Below, piece by piece: positions 1 to 9,823 of a stretch of DNA of 64,000 nucleotides (within the stretch, counting starts at the first letter, position 1; each line of letters starts with the position of its first letter). A program made the translations under genes and the position numbers. Below the pieces are notes generated by a model, which had not been told where the DNA came from, made no database searches, and saw nothing but the letters and a program-made list of their open reading frames with translations. Where the stretch lies: the NCBI GenBank assembly GCA_963663545.1, contig OY760505.1, positions 2,624,001-2,688,000 of the forward strand, written 5' to 3'. The stretch comes from Candidatus Delongbacteria bacterium. Lineage in GTDB: Bacteria; CAIWAD01.

Positions 1-918
1 GGAGCCGTGATACGAGCACTGCGCGACATGGGGCACAGTCTGGAAACCCTTGAAGGCGCGGATGCTTTCTTGGCTGCTGATGGTGCCGAGTTCTCGCTGC
101 TCGCTGATCACTCAGGCGTGGACGGTGATACATTGAGAGCTTTGGCGGCTGATCTGGTTAAGGCAAGACGCGTGGTCATCCTGCATGGTGCAGATCGCAA
201 CAACGAAGGTGCTGGTGTGCCACGTCAGCTAGCGAATCTGGCTTTGCTACTGAATGCTGCCGGTTGTCGTGCCGAGTTGATGCTACCGCGTGAGGCGGCA
301 AACCTGGCCGCGCTGACGCTGACAGGAGTTGATCCGCGTTATGCTCCCGGTCGTAAGCCTTTGGATCACGCACCGCAGCCGTCTGAACTTTTAAAGATGG
401 TGCACGATGGCGAGTTGAAGGCGGTGTTGGTTGTGGGTGAGGATCCACTGGCCGATGCAGAGCTGGCGAAGGCGCTTGCAGGTCTGGAGTGTCTTGTGGT
501 CGTCGATTGGGCGCGTACCGCGACGGCGCTCAAAGCCGATGTTCTGCTGCCGGGTACCACCTGGATGGAAGAGACCGGCACGCGTGTGGATTACGCCGGA
601 CGTGTTGTGCAGAGCGCGAGCGCTGTATCACCGCCAGCAGGTCGCTGCACCTGGCAGGTCGTAGCAGCATTGGCTGTGGCCTTTGGTCTGCACTGCGAAC
701 AGCAGTATCTCGCCAAGGTGACCAGTCAGTTGGCCGATCTAGTTCGTGAGCAGGCCGACGGACGCTTTCCCTTCCTGTGGAACACAGGTGAGGATCGCGA
801 GTGGCAGGGCGACGGACGCTTGGCACCAGTTGTAGCTGCCCCGGTAGCTGTGCAGCGTTTGCCGCTGACGGCGTTGGCGGCATGGAAGAAGAAAAACATC
901 CCCGACCTCGGGGAATAA
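1..918 (+). CDS. Molybdopterin oxidoreductase family protein (NuoG/FdhF-like), C-terminal part, 5' truncated by window
   Basis: Motifs LVVGEDP, T..ADVLLP.TTW.E..GT and GR.TWQV..LA typical of MopB-superfamily C-terminal region. Confidence 0.7.
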   Translation, partial: GAVIRALRDMGHSLETLEGADAFLAADGAEFSLLADHSGVDGDTLRALAADLVKARRVVILHGADRNNEGAGVPRQLANLALLLNAAGCRAELMLPREAANLAALTLTGVDPRYAPGRKPLDHAPQPSELLKMVHDGELKAVLVVGEDPLADAELAKALAGLECLVVVDWARTATALKADVLLPGTTWMEETGTRVDYAGRVVQSASAVSPPAGRCTWQVVAALAVAFGLHCEQQYLAKVTSQLADLVREQADGRFPFLWNTGEDREWQGDGRLAPVVAAPVAVQRLPLTALAAWKKKNIPDLGE

Positions 919-929
919 CAGTCAATCAG

Positions 930-962
930 GAAGCCCGTCGCATTGCCGGCGGGCTTCTTCTT
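930..962 (+). terminator. Probable intrinsic terminator
   Basis: GAAGCCCG..CGGGCTTC hairpin followed by TTCTT directly after the stop codon. Confidence 0.5.
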
Positions 963-976
963 CTCCGGGATGGATC

Positions 977-1942
977 ATGAATCGAATGCGAAAGCCCCTG
1001 CTGACTCGCGAGGATCTGCCCGTGGTCAGCGATCGATTGCGCGATTTTAGTTCGGTTTTCAATCCTGGCGCGGTTCGCAATGAAGACGAAATTGTTCTTG
1101 TGACACGGGTACAAACACGTGGTCGTGAAACTTTGCTCTGGTGTGCGCGCAGCAATGATGGCATCATCTTTCGAATGGACTCGGCGCCCATCCAGCTCAA
1201 GGGCCTTGAGAGGTTTGGCGGAATGGTGTATCACGTGTATGATGCACGTGTCACACGACTCGATGATGCATGGTACATGCTTGTAGCTATGGATGTGGAC
1301 GACGGTTGCCGATTGGGATTGGTGCGCAGTCTGGATCTGCAGGAGTTTGAGTTTCTGGCTCAAACGGGTGAGGCGGATACGCGCAATGGCGTTCTTTTTC
1401 CCCGGAGATCTGCCTTTTATGGAAACCGATATCTGCGACTGGAGCGCCCTAATCGTACTCAGCTGGGCGGTGGTCCGCGCTCCGGATGTGAGATTGTGCT
1501 GGCTGCCAGCGATGATCTGCTGCGATGGGAAACCATTGCCACCGTCGCTCAGGGTAGGCCGCATTATTGGGACGAACTGATCGGGCCTGGACCACCTCCC
1601 GTTTTGACACAAGAGGGCTGGCTGCTTGTGTATCACGGCGTTGCCACGCACTTTGCCGGAGTCAATATCTATCAGGCGGGAGTAATGCTGCTGGATGCTG
1701 AGAATCCGTCGCTTGTGTTGGCGCGCGGCACACAGAACATCCTTGAGCCTCGCGAGCCGTGGGAGTTGACGGGCCAAGTGCCGAACGTCGTCTTTCCCAG
1801 TGGCATCGTACCTTTGGAAAACATTGGCGACCGGCCCTTGCGCCGACGAGACGAAGTGCTTCTCTATTACGGAGCGGCTGATACCTGTATCGGCGCCCTA
1901 CGTATTGGCGTGGATGAGCTACTGGACGCGTGTCACATGTGA
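977..1942 (+). CDS. GH130 glycoside phosphorylase/mannosidase
   Basis: VFNPGA, YDARVT, RNGVLFP, IGPGPPP, WLLVYHGV, GQVPNVVFPSG, YYGAADT motifs. Confidence 0.9.
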   Translation: MNRMRKPLLTREDLPVVSDRLRDFSSVFNPGAVRNEDEIVLVTRVQTRGRETLLWCARSNDGIIFRMDSAPIQLKGLERFGGMVYHVYDARVTRLDDAWYMLVAMDVDDGCRLGLVRSLDLQEFEFLAQTGEADTRNGVLFPRRSAFYGNRYLRLERPNRTQLGGGPRSGCEIVLAASDDLLRWETIATVAQGRPHYWDELIGPGPPPVLTQEGWLLVYHGVATHFAGVNIYQAGVMLLDAENPSLVLARGTQNILEPREPWELTGQVPNVVFPSGIVPLENIGDRPLRRRDEVLLYYGAADTCIGALRIGVDELLDACHM

Positions 1943-1982
1943 TTCCATGCCATTTTCCTTGTATCACTCTCCAGGAGATATC

Positions 1983-2945
1983 ATGAGCGAAGGCTTGAAC
2001 TACCTTGGCATCGACATCGGTGGAACCAATACCGAGTACGCCATTGTCAACGAAGCTGGTGAGTTTTTGATTCGTGACACATTGCCGACACAGTCGGACA
2101 AGCCTGCAACCGTCCTCTTCGACCGGCTGGCCGACGCCATTGGCGAAGCCCTACGTGCTTCACCTTGTACATTCGCAGGTGTGGGTGTGGGCGCACCAAA
2201 CGCCAACTACTACAACGGATCCATCGAGCACCCGCCCAACCTTTCCTGGGGCATCGTAGATCTGCGAGAAGAACTACGTCGTCGTTTCAATTGCCCCGTT
2301 GTAGTGACCAACGATGCCAATGCTGCCGCCCTGGGCGAAATGTGTTACGGCGCAGCCAAGGGCATGAGCAACTTTGTCCAGATTACACTTGGCACCGGCT
2401 TAGGCGCAGGTATTGTACTCAACGGAGTGCTAGTACATGGGCATTCCGGATACGCCGGCGAGATGGGGCACCTGACGGTGAAGCACGGCAATCGCGAGTG
2501 CGGTTGCGGGCGTCGTGGCTGTCTGGAGGCGTATGTCAGTGCCACCGGTCTTATGCGTACGACGCTTTCGCTCATGTCACACATGCGCGTTCCCAGTGAG
2601 CTGCGCAGCGTGTCCATGGACAAGCTCAACTCCTTCCGCATTTTCGAGGCTGCCGAGCATGGAGATGAGATCGCCCGTACGGCCTTCCAGCGCTGTGGAA
2701 CAACCATGGGTGAAGCCTTTGCCGACGTGGCCGCGCTGCTATCGCCGGAGGCCTTTATCATTGGCGGAGGCTTGGCCAAAGCCGGTGACTGGCTGTTGGC
2801 TCCTGCACGGCGCACCATGGATGAGAGCCTGATTCCTGTGTTACGCGGCAAGGTCAGAATCGTGTCTTCCTCGCTTCCCGGTGCGGATGCCGGAGTGTTG
2901 GGTGCAGCCGCATTGATCATGCAGGAACTTCTGCGCGGCAAGTAA
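1983..2945 (+). CDS. ROK family sugar kinase (gluco/mannokinase)
   Basis: GIDIGGT, NDANAAALGE, GEMGH, CGCGRRGCLE; AGGAG RBS before ATG 1983. Confidence 0.92.
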   Translation: MSEGLNYLGIDIGGTNTEYAIVNEAGEFLIRDTLPTQSDKPATVLFDRLADAIGEALRASPCTFAGVGVGAPNANYYNGSIEHPPNLSWGIVDLREELRRRFNCPVVVTNDANAAALGEMCYGAAKGMSNFVQITLGTGLGAGIVLNGVLVHGHSGYAGEMGHLTVKHGNRECGCGRRGCLEAYVSATGLMRTTLSLMSHMRVPSELRSVSMDKLNSFRIFEAAEHGDEIARTAFQRCGTTMGEAFADVAALLSPEAFIIGGGLAKAGDWLLAPARRTMDESLIPVLRGKVRIVSSSLPGADAGVLGAAALIMQELLRGK

Positions 2946-3032
2946 GCATGTCCTTGGCACGAGAGCGCTTTCCACAATGGTGACTGCTTCCTGCTGAGTT
3001 GTTGATCCTCAATCAATCAAGGATTTCCTGGC

Positions 3033-4085
3033 ATGAGACTCCTACTACTGTTGTTGCTGCCAGCGCTAGCTGGAGCGGGAGAGTTTCCTGTTCCCGCAGG
3101 CAGGCTGAATCCGCGTACGCTGGACTGCCGCCCGGCGGCTGTATCACCGGTGATCGACGGCCTGCTGGATGACGACCTCTGGCAACAGGTCTGCTGGAGT
3201 GAGCCCTTTGTGGACATTGAAGGCGATGCCAAACCCGCGCCCTGGTTCGAAACGCGAGTAGCGATGGCCTGGGATAGCGCCTGTTTCTACTGCGCAGCCC
3301 GCATGGAAGAACCCCACTTGTGGGCCACGCTGACGGAGCGCGATGCGGTGATCTTCCGCGACAATGATTTCGAGCTTTTTCTGGATCCGGACGGTGACAC
3401 ACACAACTACGCTGAGCTGGAAATCAACGCGCTCGGAACCGAATGGGACCTGCTGATCACCCAGCCTTATCGTGATCCACATTGCGCGGCCATCAATGGC
3501 TGGGACATTCCAGGCCTGCGGACGGCGGTGGCGCTGCAGGGCACGCTGAACGATCCCCGTGATACGGATCAGGGCTGGACGCTGGAAATTGCCATTCCCT
3601 GGGCGGCGCTGAAGCCCATCGCCGGTGTGCGTGTGCCACCTGAGCCGGGAGACCTGTGGCGACTGAACTTCAGTCGCGTCGAGTGGGATCTGGATCACAC
3701 GGACGAGACCTACACAAAGCGCGAAGGACCGGAGCACAACTGGGTCTGGTCGCCGCAGGGGCTGATCGCCATGCACTATCCGGAGCGTTGGGGCGTGCTG
3801 CGCTTTGTCGACACCGCTGAATCGGATTGCGATCCTCAGGATCCCGATCTGGCAGCGCGGCGCATTCTCTATGATTTGTACTACGCACAACGCCAGTATC
3901 AGGCGATACACGGAAACTGGTGTAGCGAACTGGATTCCCTTACGCTGGGACCGGTGCCGCGCCTGTATCACGGACCCGTGCTCTACAATACATACACGGG
4001 CTGGGAGGCGCGACTGACAAGCGCTGACGACCGCGCGTACTGTATCACCCACGAGGGTCGCTTTACTACCTGCAATTCCAACTAG
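3033..4085 (+). CDS. Secreted carbohydrate-binding family 9-like protein
   Basis: Signal peptide; IDG.LDD..W, DNDFELFLDPDGD..NY.ELEINALGT.WDL, WRLNFSRV.W, NWVWSPQG. Confidence 0.8.
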   Translation: MRLLLLLLLPALAGAGEFPVPAGRLNPRTLDCRPAAVSPVIDGLLDDDLWQQVCWSEPFVDIEGDAKPAPWFETRVAMAWDSACFYCAARMEEPHLWATLTERDAVIFRDNDFELFLDPDGDTHNYAELEINALGTEWDLLITQPYRDPHCAAINGWDIPGLRTAVALQGTLNDPRDTDQGWTLEIAIPWAALKPIAGVRVPPEPGDLWRLNFSRVEWDLDHTDETYTKREGPEHNWVWSPQGLIAMHYPERWGVLRFVDTAESDCDPQDPDLAARRILYDLYYAQRQYQAIHGNWCSELDSLTLGPVPRLYHGPVLYNTYTGWEARLTSADDRAYCITHEGRFTTCNSN

Positions 4086-4099
4086 CTCTCGGAGGACGC

Positions 4100-6046
4100 A
4101 TGCTGGGCACGAATCTGTTGTGGTTCGACTGGCTGATTGTCGTAGGTGTCTTTGCACTGATGCTGGCGGGGGTACTCGTCAGCCGTGGCTACATGCGCGG
4201 TATCGCCGACTTCCTGGCGGCGGGCCGCACCGCCGGGCGCTATGTAGTCAGTGTCAGTTCAGGCATCGCCATGCTGGGCGCCATCACCATGGTCAACCTG
4301 ATGGAGATGAACTACGAGGCGGGCTTCACGCAGACCTGGTGGGGCTTCACCATGGGCCTGGTCATGCTGGCGTTGACGGTCACCGGCTGGGTCAACTACC
4401 GCTTTCGCCAGACGCGCGCCTTGACGCTATCGCAGTTCTTTGAGATGCGCTACAGCAGGAGCTTCCGTGTCTTCGCGGGCCTCATCGCCTTCATCTCGGG
4501 ACTGGTAAACTTCGGCATCTTTCCCGCCGTGGGCGCGCGCTTCTTCATCTATTTCTGCGGACTGCCCACCGCTTTCTCCCTGGGCGGAATCGAGGTTGCC
4601 ACCTTCCCGGTGCTGATGATTCTGCTGCTGGGCGTGAGCCTCTTCTTCGTGTTCTCCGGCGGCCAGGTGGCGGTGGTGCTCTCGGATTTCATCCAGGGCC
4701 TCTTCGTCAACGCCGTTTTCGTGATACTCCTCGTCTACCTGCTGCTGCAGTTCAACTGGACGCACATTGCCGAAGCGATGGCGATGGCACCGGTGGAGGC
4801 GAGCAAGATCAATCCCTTCCACACCTCTCACATGGACGACTTCAACCTGTGGTACTTCCTCATCGGTGTGTTCGGCGTGATCTACGGCGCCATGTCCTGG
4901 CAGGGAACGCAGGGCTACAATGCCTCGGCTCGCAGTGCGCACGAGGCGAAGATGGGCGGCGTGCTCAGCACCTGGCGCACGCTGGGACAGTCGACGGCAA
5001 TGCTGCTGATTCCCATCGTGGCCTACACCGTGATGCATCACAGCGCCTACGCGCCCATCCAGGAATCGGTCGGTGCTACACTGGGGCAGTTCGACAATCC
5101 TGCGGTGCAGAGTCAGCTGCGTGTGCCGCTGGTGTTGACGCACATTCTGCCGCACGGGCTGATTGGAGCTTTTGCCGCGCTGATGTTGGCGGCTTTTATC
5201 AGCACGCACGACACCTACCTGCATTCCTGGGGCAGCATTCTGATGCAGGATGTGATACTCCCGTTACGCGGCGGCAAACCGCTACCGCCCAAGCAGCATC
5301 TGTTGGCGTTGAAACTGGCCATCCTCTTCGTGGCGATCTTCATCTTCTTCTTCAGCCTCTGGTTCCGCATGACCGACTTCATCGCCATGTTCTTCGCCAT
5401 CACCGGTGCCATCTTCGCCGGCGGTTCGGGCGCGGTCATCATTGGCGGTCTGTATTGGAAACGTGGCACTGCAGCAGCGGCTTGGGCCTCAATGATCACC
5501 GGCAGCGGAATCGCCGTCGGCGGCATCGTGATACGCCAGATCCAGCCCGACTTTCCCCTCAACGGACAGGAATTCTGGGGCCTGGCGATGCTGGCCTCCA
5601 GCATGATCTACGTGCTTGTATCACTGGCGGGGAAGAAGCGCGAAGCCAACATGGACAAACTCTTGCACCGCGGCCAGTACGACACGAATCACGAGATCCA
5701 GCGCGGCGAGGTGAGCGCGCGCGGATGGCGCGTGCTGGCCATCACCGACGAATTCAGCCGCAGTGATCGCTGGCTCTACATTGTGACCTACGCCTGGACC
5801 CTGCTCTGGGGCACCCTCTTTGGTGTGGGCACTTTCTGGAACCTGACCCACGAAGTGAACGACGCCGCCTGGATGAGCTTCTGGCGCTGGTATCTCTGGC
5901 TCTACGCCTTCATTTCTCTGGTGGTGCTGGTCTGGTTCAGCATTGGTGGCGTGCGCGATGTGCGTGACATGCTCGCACGGCTGTCGGGCATGGAGCGCGA
6001 TGTTGAGGATAACGGTGTATCACGCAAATCCGTGGAAGTGGAGTAA
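4100..6046 (+). CDS. Sodium:solute symporter family protein
   Basis: About 14 hydrophobic segments; DFLAAGR, RFRQTRALTLSQFFEMRYS, GLYWKRGT. Confidence 0.88.
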   Translation: MLGTNLLWFDWLIVVGVFALMLAGVLVSRGYMRGIADFLAAGRTAGRYVVSVSSGIAMLGAITMVNLMEMNYEAGFTQTWWGFTMGLVMLALTVTGWVNYRFRQTRALTLSQFFEMRYSRSFRVFAGLIAFISGLVNFGIFPAVGARFFIYFCGLPTAFSLGGIEVATFPVLMILLLGVSLFFVFSGGQVAVVLSDFIQGLFVNAVFVILLVYLLLQFNWTHIAEAMAMAPVEASKINPFHTSHMDDFNLWYFLIGVFGVIYGAMSWQGTQGYNASARSAHEAKMGGVLSTWRTLGQSTAMLLIPIVAYTVMHHSAYAPIQESVGATLGQFDNPAVQSQLRVPLVLTHILPHGLIGAFAALMLAAFISTHDTYLHSWGSILMQDVILPLRGGKPLPPKQHLLALKLAILFVAIFIFFFSLWFRMTDFIAMFFAITGAIFAGGSGAVIIGGLYWKRGTAAAAWASMITGSGIAVGGIVIRQIQPDFPLNGQEFWGLAMLASSMIYVLVSLAGKKREANMDKLLHRGQYDTNHEIQRGEVSARGWRVLAITDEFSRSDRWLYIVTYAWTLLWGTLFGVGTFWNLTHEVNDAAWMSFWRWYLWLYAFISLVVLVWFSIGGVRDVRDMLARLSGMERDVEDNGVSRKSVEVE

Positions 6047-6048
6047 CG

Positions 6049-8811
6049 ATGGATCGCCTGCAAGTCTATGTCGTATCACATACACACTGGGACCGGGAGT
6101 GGTACTGGAGCTACGCGCGCTACCGTGTCAACCTGCTGCGCGTGATGCGCGATCTCTTTGAGAAGCTGGAGGCCGGTGGCGAGTTCAAGCACTTCGTGCT
6201 GGACGGTCAGCTGGCGGTGCTGGACGATTACCTGGCGGCTTATCCCGCCGAGGCCGGACGCATCCGCGAGCTGGTGGAGGCTGGTCGTATTTCACTGGGG
6301 CCCTGGTACATCCTGCCCGACGAGTTTTTGGTGTCCGGCGAAGCTACTGTGCGCAACCTGCAACTAGGTCTGCGCCGTGGCGCGGAGCTGGGCGGCACCG
6401 TGCGCGTGGGCTACATTCCCGACAGTTTTGGCCACCTGGGCCAGATGCCGCAGATTCTGCAGCAGGCGGGCATCGACAACTTCATCTACACTCGCGGCAA
6501 CGGCGACGAACTGGACGAACTAGGCAGCGAGTACTGGTGGCTGGCCCCCGACGGCAGCCGCGTGTTGGCGGTCAACCAGCTAGGCGGCTACTGCAATGGT
6601 GCGGCCCTGGGCATGGCGGAGATCTGGGAAGCCCACACGCTGCGCGAAGTCAGCCTGCCCCTGGCGGTGGAAAAGGCGCGCAAGCTCATCGGCGAGCTGG
6701 CCAAAGCTTCCAACGGCAAGGTGCTGCTGTTCAATAATGGCTGCGATCATCATCCCGCCCAGCGCGACTTTGATGCCGTGATACGCGCGCTGCGGGAGGC
6801 CATGCCCGAGTGCGACTTCCACCACACGGGACACACACACTTCCTCGCGGCGCTGAAGGCTGCCGCGACGACCCGCGAAGAGTTCCAGGGCGAGCTGCTG
6901 GGCGGACGCCACCACCACATTCTTTCCGGCGTGTGGAGCGCGCGCATGTACTTGAAGCAGCAGAACGAGCTGGCGCAGACGCTGCTGGAGCAGGTGCTGG
7001 AGCCGCTCGCCTCTGTCGCCAGCCTGCACTATGGCCGCCACTACCCGCAGGGGCTGCTGGACGAGTGCTGGCGCACGCTGCTGCAGAACCATCCCCACGA
7101 TTCCATCTGCGGCTGTTCCGTGGACGAGGTGCATCGCGAAATGATGACGCGCTTCGATCACATCCTCCAGAGCGCCGAAGAAGAACTGCGCTGGCTGGGC
7201 CGTGACACAATGCCCTACTTCGCACCTACGCGCGAGCAGGATACACAGACTGCGTTGGCGGTGTTCAACCCGCTACCCTGGCGGCGTGATGCACTGGCGC
7301 GGCGCATGGTAATTCTGCTGCCCGATGATCAGCCCATCGAGGAGCTGGAGCTGGTGGACGAGCAGGACAAGGTTGTGCCCTTTGATGTGATCCAACGCCA
7401 GTGGGTGCAGCGCTTCTGGAACGTGGACTATCGCGGCGAGCTGAGCTGGGAGGCTCAGCTGGATGCCTTCGCACCCTATCGCGAGCGCTTCGCCGAGCGC
7501 ATCCTCTTTGACGGACCGCAGGAGCCGGAGAAGCTGGTGGACCAGTACGTCGATCTGCAGTTCGTGGCTCGCGACCTGCCCGCCGTTGGTCACAAACGCT
7601 ATCGCCTGCGTCAGCGGCAGTCGCCTGTATCACAATCCGAAACGGCTTGTGTCACATGCAGGAAGAACACACTGGAGAACGGCCTGCTGCGTGTCACGTT
7701 ACACGGCAACGGCTGCTTCGACATGGAGGACCTGCGCGATGGTCGTAGCTGGCAGAACCTCAATCTGATGGTGGATGTGGAGGACGCCGGTGACGAGTAC
7801 GACTGGAGCCACTGCACCAACAGCCAAACCCTGACCAGCGCCGATTGCCAGGGCGAAGTCAGCGTGTGTTACAAGGCTTCGCTGGCCGCCGCGCTGGAAG
7901 CCCGTTTTGCCATGAATCTGCCTCGCGCGCTGAGTGCCGATCGCAGAAACCGTGACACAGAGCTTGTCGCCTGTCCCGTTGTGGTACGCGTCGAGCTGCA
8001 GTCCGGCAGCCCGGTAGTGGATGTGCGTGTGCGCGTCGACAATCAGGCGGAAGACCATCGCTTGCGCGCGCGCTTTGCCAGCGGCGTACGCACGGAGCAC
8101 CTCAGTTCCGATGGCCAGTTCATGGTGGCCAAACGCAGCCTCAAGCGCCCCGCCGACGAACACTGGGTACAGCCCGCACCCGACGCTTTCCCCCAGCAGG
8201 ATTTCAGCCTGGTGGAGGAGCAGGGGCAGGGCTTGGCGCTCTTCAATTTTGGCCTGCCGGAGATTGCCGCCCACCAGGACGAGTCGGGCGCGGCGGTTAT
8301 GGAACTCACCCTGCTGCGCGCCGTGGGTTGGCTTTCCCGCGACGATTTCCCCACACGCCGCAACTGCAACGCCGGCCCCACGCTGTTCACGCCCGAAGCC
8401 CAGTGCCTTGGCGAGGCCGAATACCACTATGCCCTGATGCCCTGCACCAAGGGCGTGAACGAGGTCGCTCCCCGCAGCGAGGAGTGGCGCGTGCCCGTCA
8501 TCGTGCGCCAGGGTGTGCTGCCCGGTTCGCTGCCCGATAGCCCCTCGCTGGTTGAGGTTCAGGGCGAGGGCGTGCGCGTCAGCTCTCTGCATCTGCATCG
8601 CGAGCGCGGCACGCTGGTGATTCGCCTCTGGAACATGCACAGGGAGGACACTGGTGTTGAGCTCTTGTTCGGCAAGCGAGTGATGGGTGCGTGGTCCCTG
8701 GACCTGGAGGAGGAGCGCAAGGGCGAGCTGCCCTTTGGGAATCCCGCCTTCTCTGTTGCGCTGAAGGGAGCTGGTATTCTGTCCGTTGAGGTGGCGCTGG
8801 AGGAGAAGTAG
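6049..8811 (+). CDS. GH38 alpha-mannosidase
   Basis: SHTHWDREWY, LDGQ, GPWYILPDEFLVSGEA, PDSFGH, NHPHDSICGCSVD. Confidence 0.93.
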   Translation: MDRLQVYVVSHTHWDREWYWSYARYRVNLLRVMRDLFEKLEAGGEFKHFVLDGQLAVLDDYLAAYPAEAGRIRELVEAGRISLGPWYILPDEFLVSGEATVRNLQLGLRRGAELGGTVRVGYIPDSFGHLGQMPQILQQAGIDNFIYTRGNGDELDELGSEYWWLAPDGSRVLAVNQLGGYCNGAALGMAEIWEAHTLREVSLPLAVEKARKLIGELAKASNGKVLLFNNGCDHHPAQRDFDAVIRALREAMPECDFHHTGHTHFLAALKAAATTREEFQGELLGGRHHHILSGVWSARMYLKQQNELAQTLLEQVLEPLASVASLHYGRHYPQGLLDECWRTLLQNHPHDSICGCSVDEVHREMMTRFDHILQSAEEELRWLGRDTMPYFAPTREQDTQTALAVFNPLPWRRDALARRMVILLPDDQPIEELELVDEQDKVVPFDVIQRQWVQRFWNVDYRGELSWEAQLDAFAPYRERFAERILFDGPQEPEKLVDQYVDLQFVARDLPAVGHKRYRLRQRQSPVSQSETACVTCRKNTLENGLLRVTLHGNGCFDMEDLRDGRSWQNLNLMVDVEDAGDEYDWSHCTNSQTLTSADCQGEVSVCYKASLAAALEARFAMNLPRALSADRRNRDTELVACPVVVRVELQSGSPVVDVRVRVDNQAEDHRLRARFASGVRTEHLSSDGQFMVAKRSLKRPADEHWVQPAPDAFPQQDFSLVEEQGQGLALFNFGLPEIAAHQDESGAAVMELTLLRAVGWLSRDDFPTRRNCNAGPTLFTPEAQCLGEAEYHYALMPCTKGVNEVAPRSEEWRVPVIVRQGVLPGSLPDSPSLVEVQGEGVRVSSLHLHRERGTLVIRLWNMHREDTGVELLFGKRVMGAWSLDLEEERKGELPFGNPAFSVALKGAGILSVEVALEEK

Positions 8812-8853
8812 TGCGCACTTCTCGAGGCGCATTTTCTCGTCCATTCGCTTTTC

Positions 8854-8895
8854 ATCGAAATCGGGATCGAAATCGATTTCGGAGTCGGCATCGGA
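8854..8895 (+). repeat. Degenerate hexamer tandem repeat (NTCGNN x7)
   Basis: ATCGAA ATCGGG ATCGAA ATCGAT TTCGGA GTCGGC ATCGGA. Confidence 0.75.
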
Positions 8896-8980
8896 GCATA
8901 GCTGAACGCATTCAGCCCTTCCTTCGAGATTTCTAGCGGGCGAACGCCCGCTTTTCTCTTTTGTACCTGCGCGGTAGGCG

Positions 8981-9247
8981 CGCCTGCGGCGGGCGAAGAC
9001 AAGTTACTTTCTTTGTCGCGCCAAAGAAAGTAACAAAGAAAGCGCTTTTTCCCTCCGACCCGAGGACGCTTGTCCGCTGGACAACCGCCGCGGGCGGGCA
9101 CCATTTGATGGCTGGAGGGCAGCGCTCATTGGTTCAAGCCTTCGGCTTTCACCTCTGACCTTGCGGCCATTTCGGTGGGCTTGCTGTTGGGTAGGGTGGC
9201 TGTGTGGCTGAAGAATCGGCAGCCGATTCTTCGTCTTCTCTTCGACA
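8981..9247 (+). repeat. Structured intergenic repeat, copy A (inverted relative to 18045-18314)
   Basis: Shares AGTTACTTTCTTTGTCGCGCCAAAGAAAGTAACAAAGAAAGCGCT exactly with the reverse complement of copy B; flanks align over about 270 bp. Confidence 0.9.
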
Positions 9248-9774
9248 AGTGATCCAGAAGGCTAGGAGGAGATTTCTCGCCATTACCTAGAGCTGCGCTT
9301 GAGCTCAGTCCAGATGCGAGGAATCTCAGAGGAGTCACGCGCGGCTTCGCCGAGGAGCCTCGACCCTGCATAGGGAGCAGCCCAGGATTGTGCGCCCCAA
9401 TGACAGGGAGGGGCTGAAGGCCCGATTTCCCTCAGAAAGCACGTGAATGACGCCACTATCTGTACGAATGCAGAAATCTGAAAATGGACATTGGCTGGTT
9501 GCGTGGAAAAAGGCGGGAGCGCTGACGCTGTCAAGATAAGTCCGTCTTGATAAGTACGAAACTCTGTCAGGATAAGAGATTAACAAGGGCGGTTCAAGGA
9601 GTTGGCGTTCAGCAAAGAAGTTCGAATTCGGGTGTTGACCATTTTTGATAGGGCCTTGATTTTCCTTGCCATGGCTATGCAGCATTTGTGATTTTGGGTC
9701 CGTGCTTGGCTGGATGCACAGGAATACCGCAATGCGAACGTCGGACTTAACGGGACCAAGAGAAGTACGAGGTG

Positions 9775-9810
9775 GCGGGATAACACGGTCCGTAGAATCA
9801 GATGTTAGGC
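9775..9810 (+). other. First recombination core GTTAGGC (9804-9810); candidate attI site
   Basis: GTTRRRY core is the exact reverse complement of attC1 R'' GCCTAAC; no matching attC left arm upstream. Confidence 0.5.
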
Positions 9811-9823
9811 AGATGAGGGACAC

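Noticed and set aside
2954..2969. sigma54 promoter TTGGCACGAGAGCGC
   Set aside because: GG to GC spacing is off by one and there is no TTGC.
9335..9823. Divergent 162-aa ORF in the position expected for intI
   Set aside because: No tyrosine-recombinase R-H-R-Y motifs; probably spurious.
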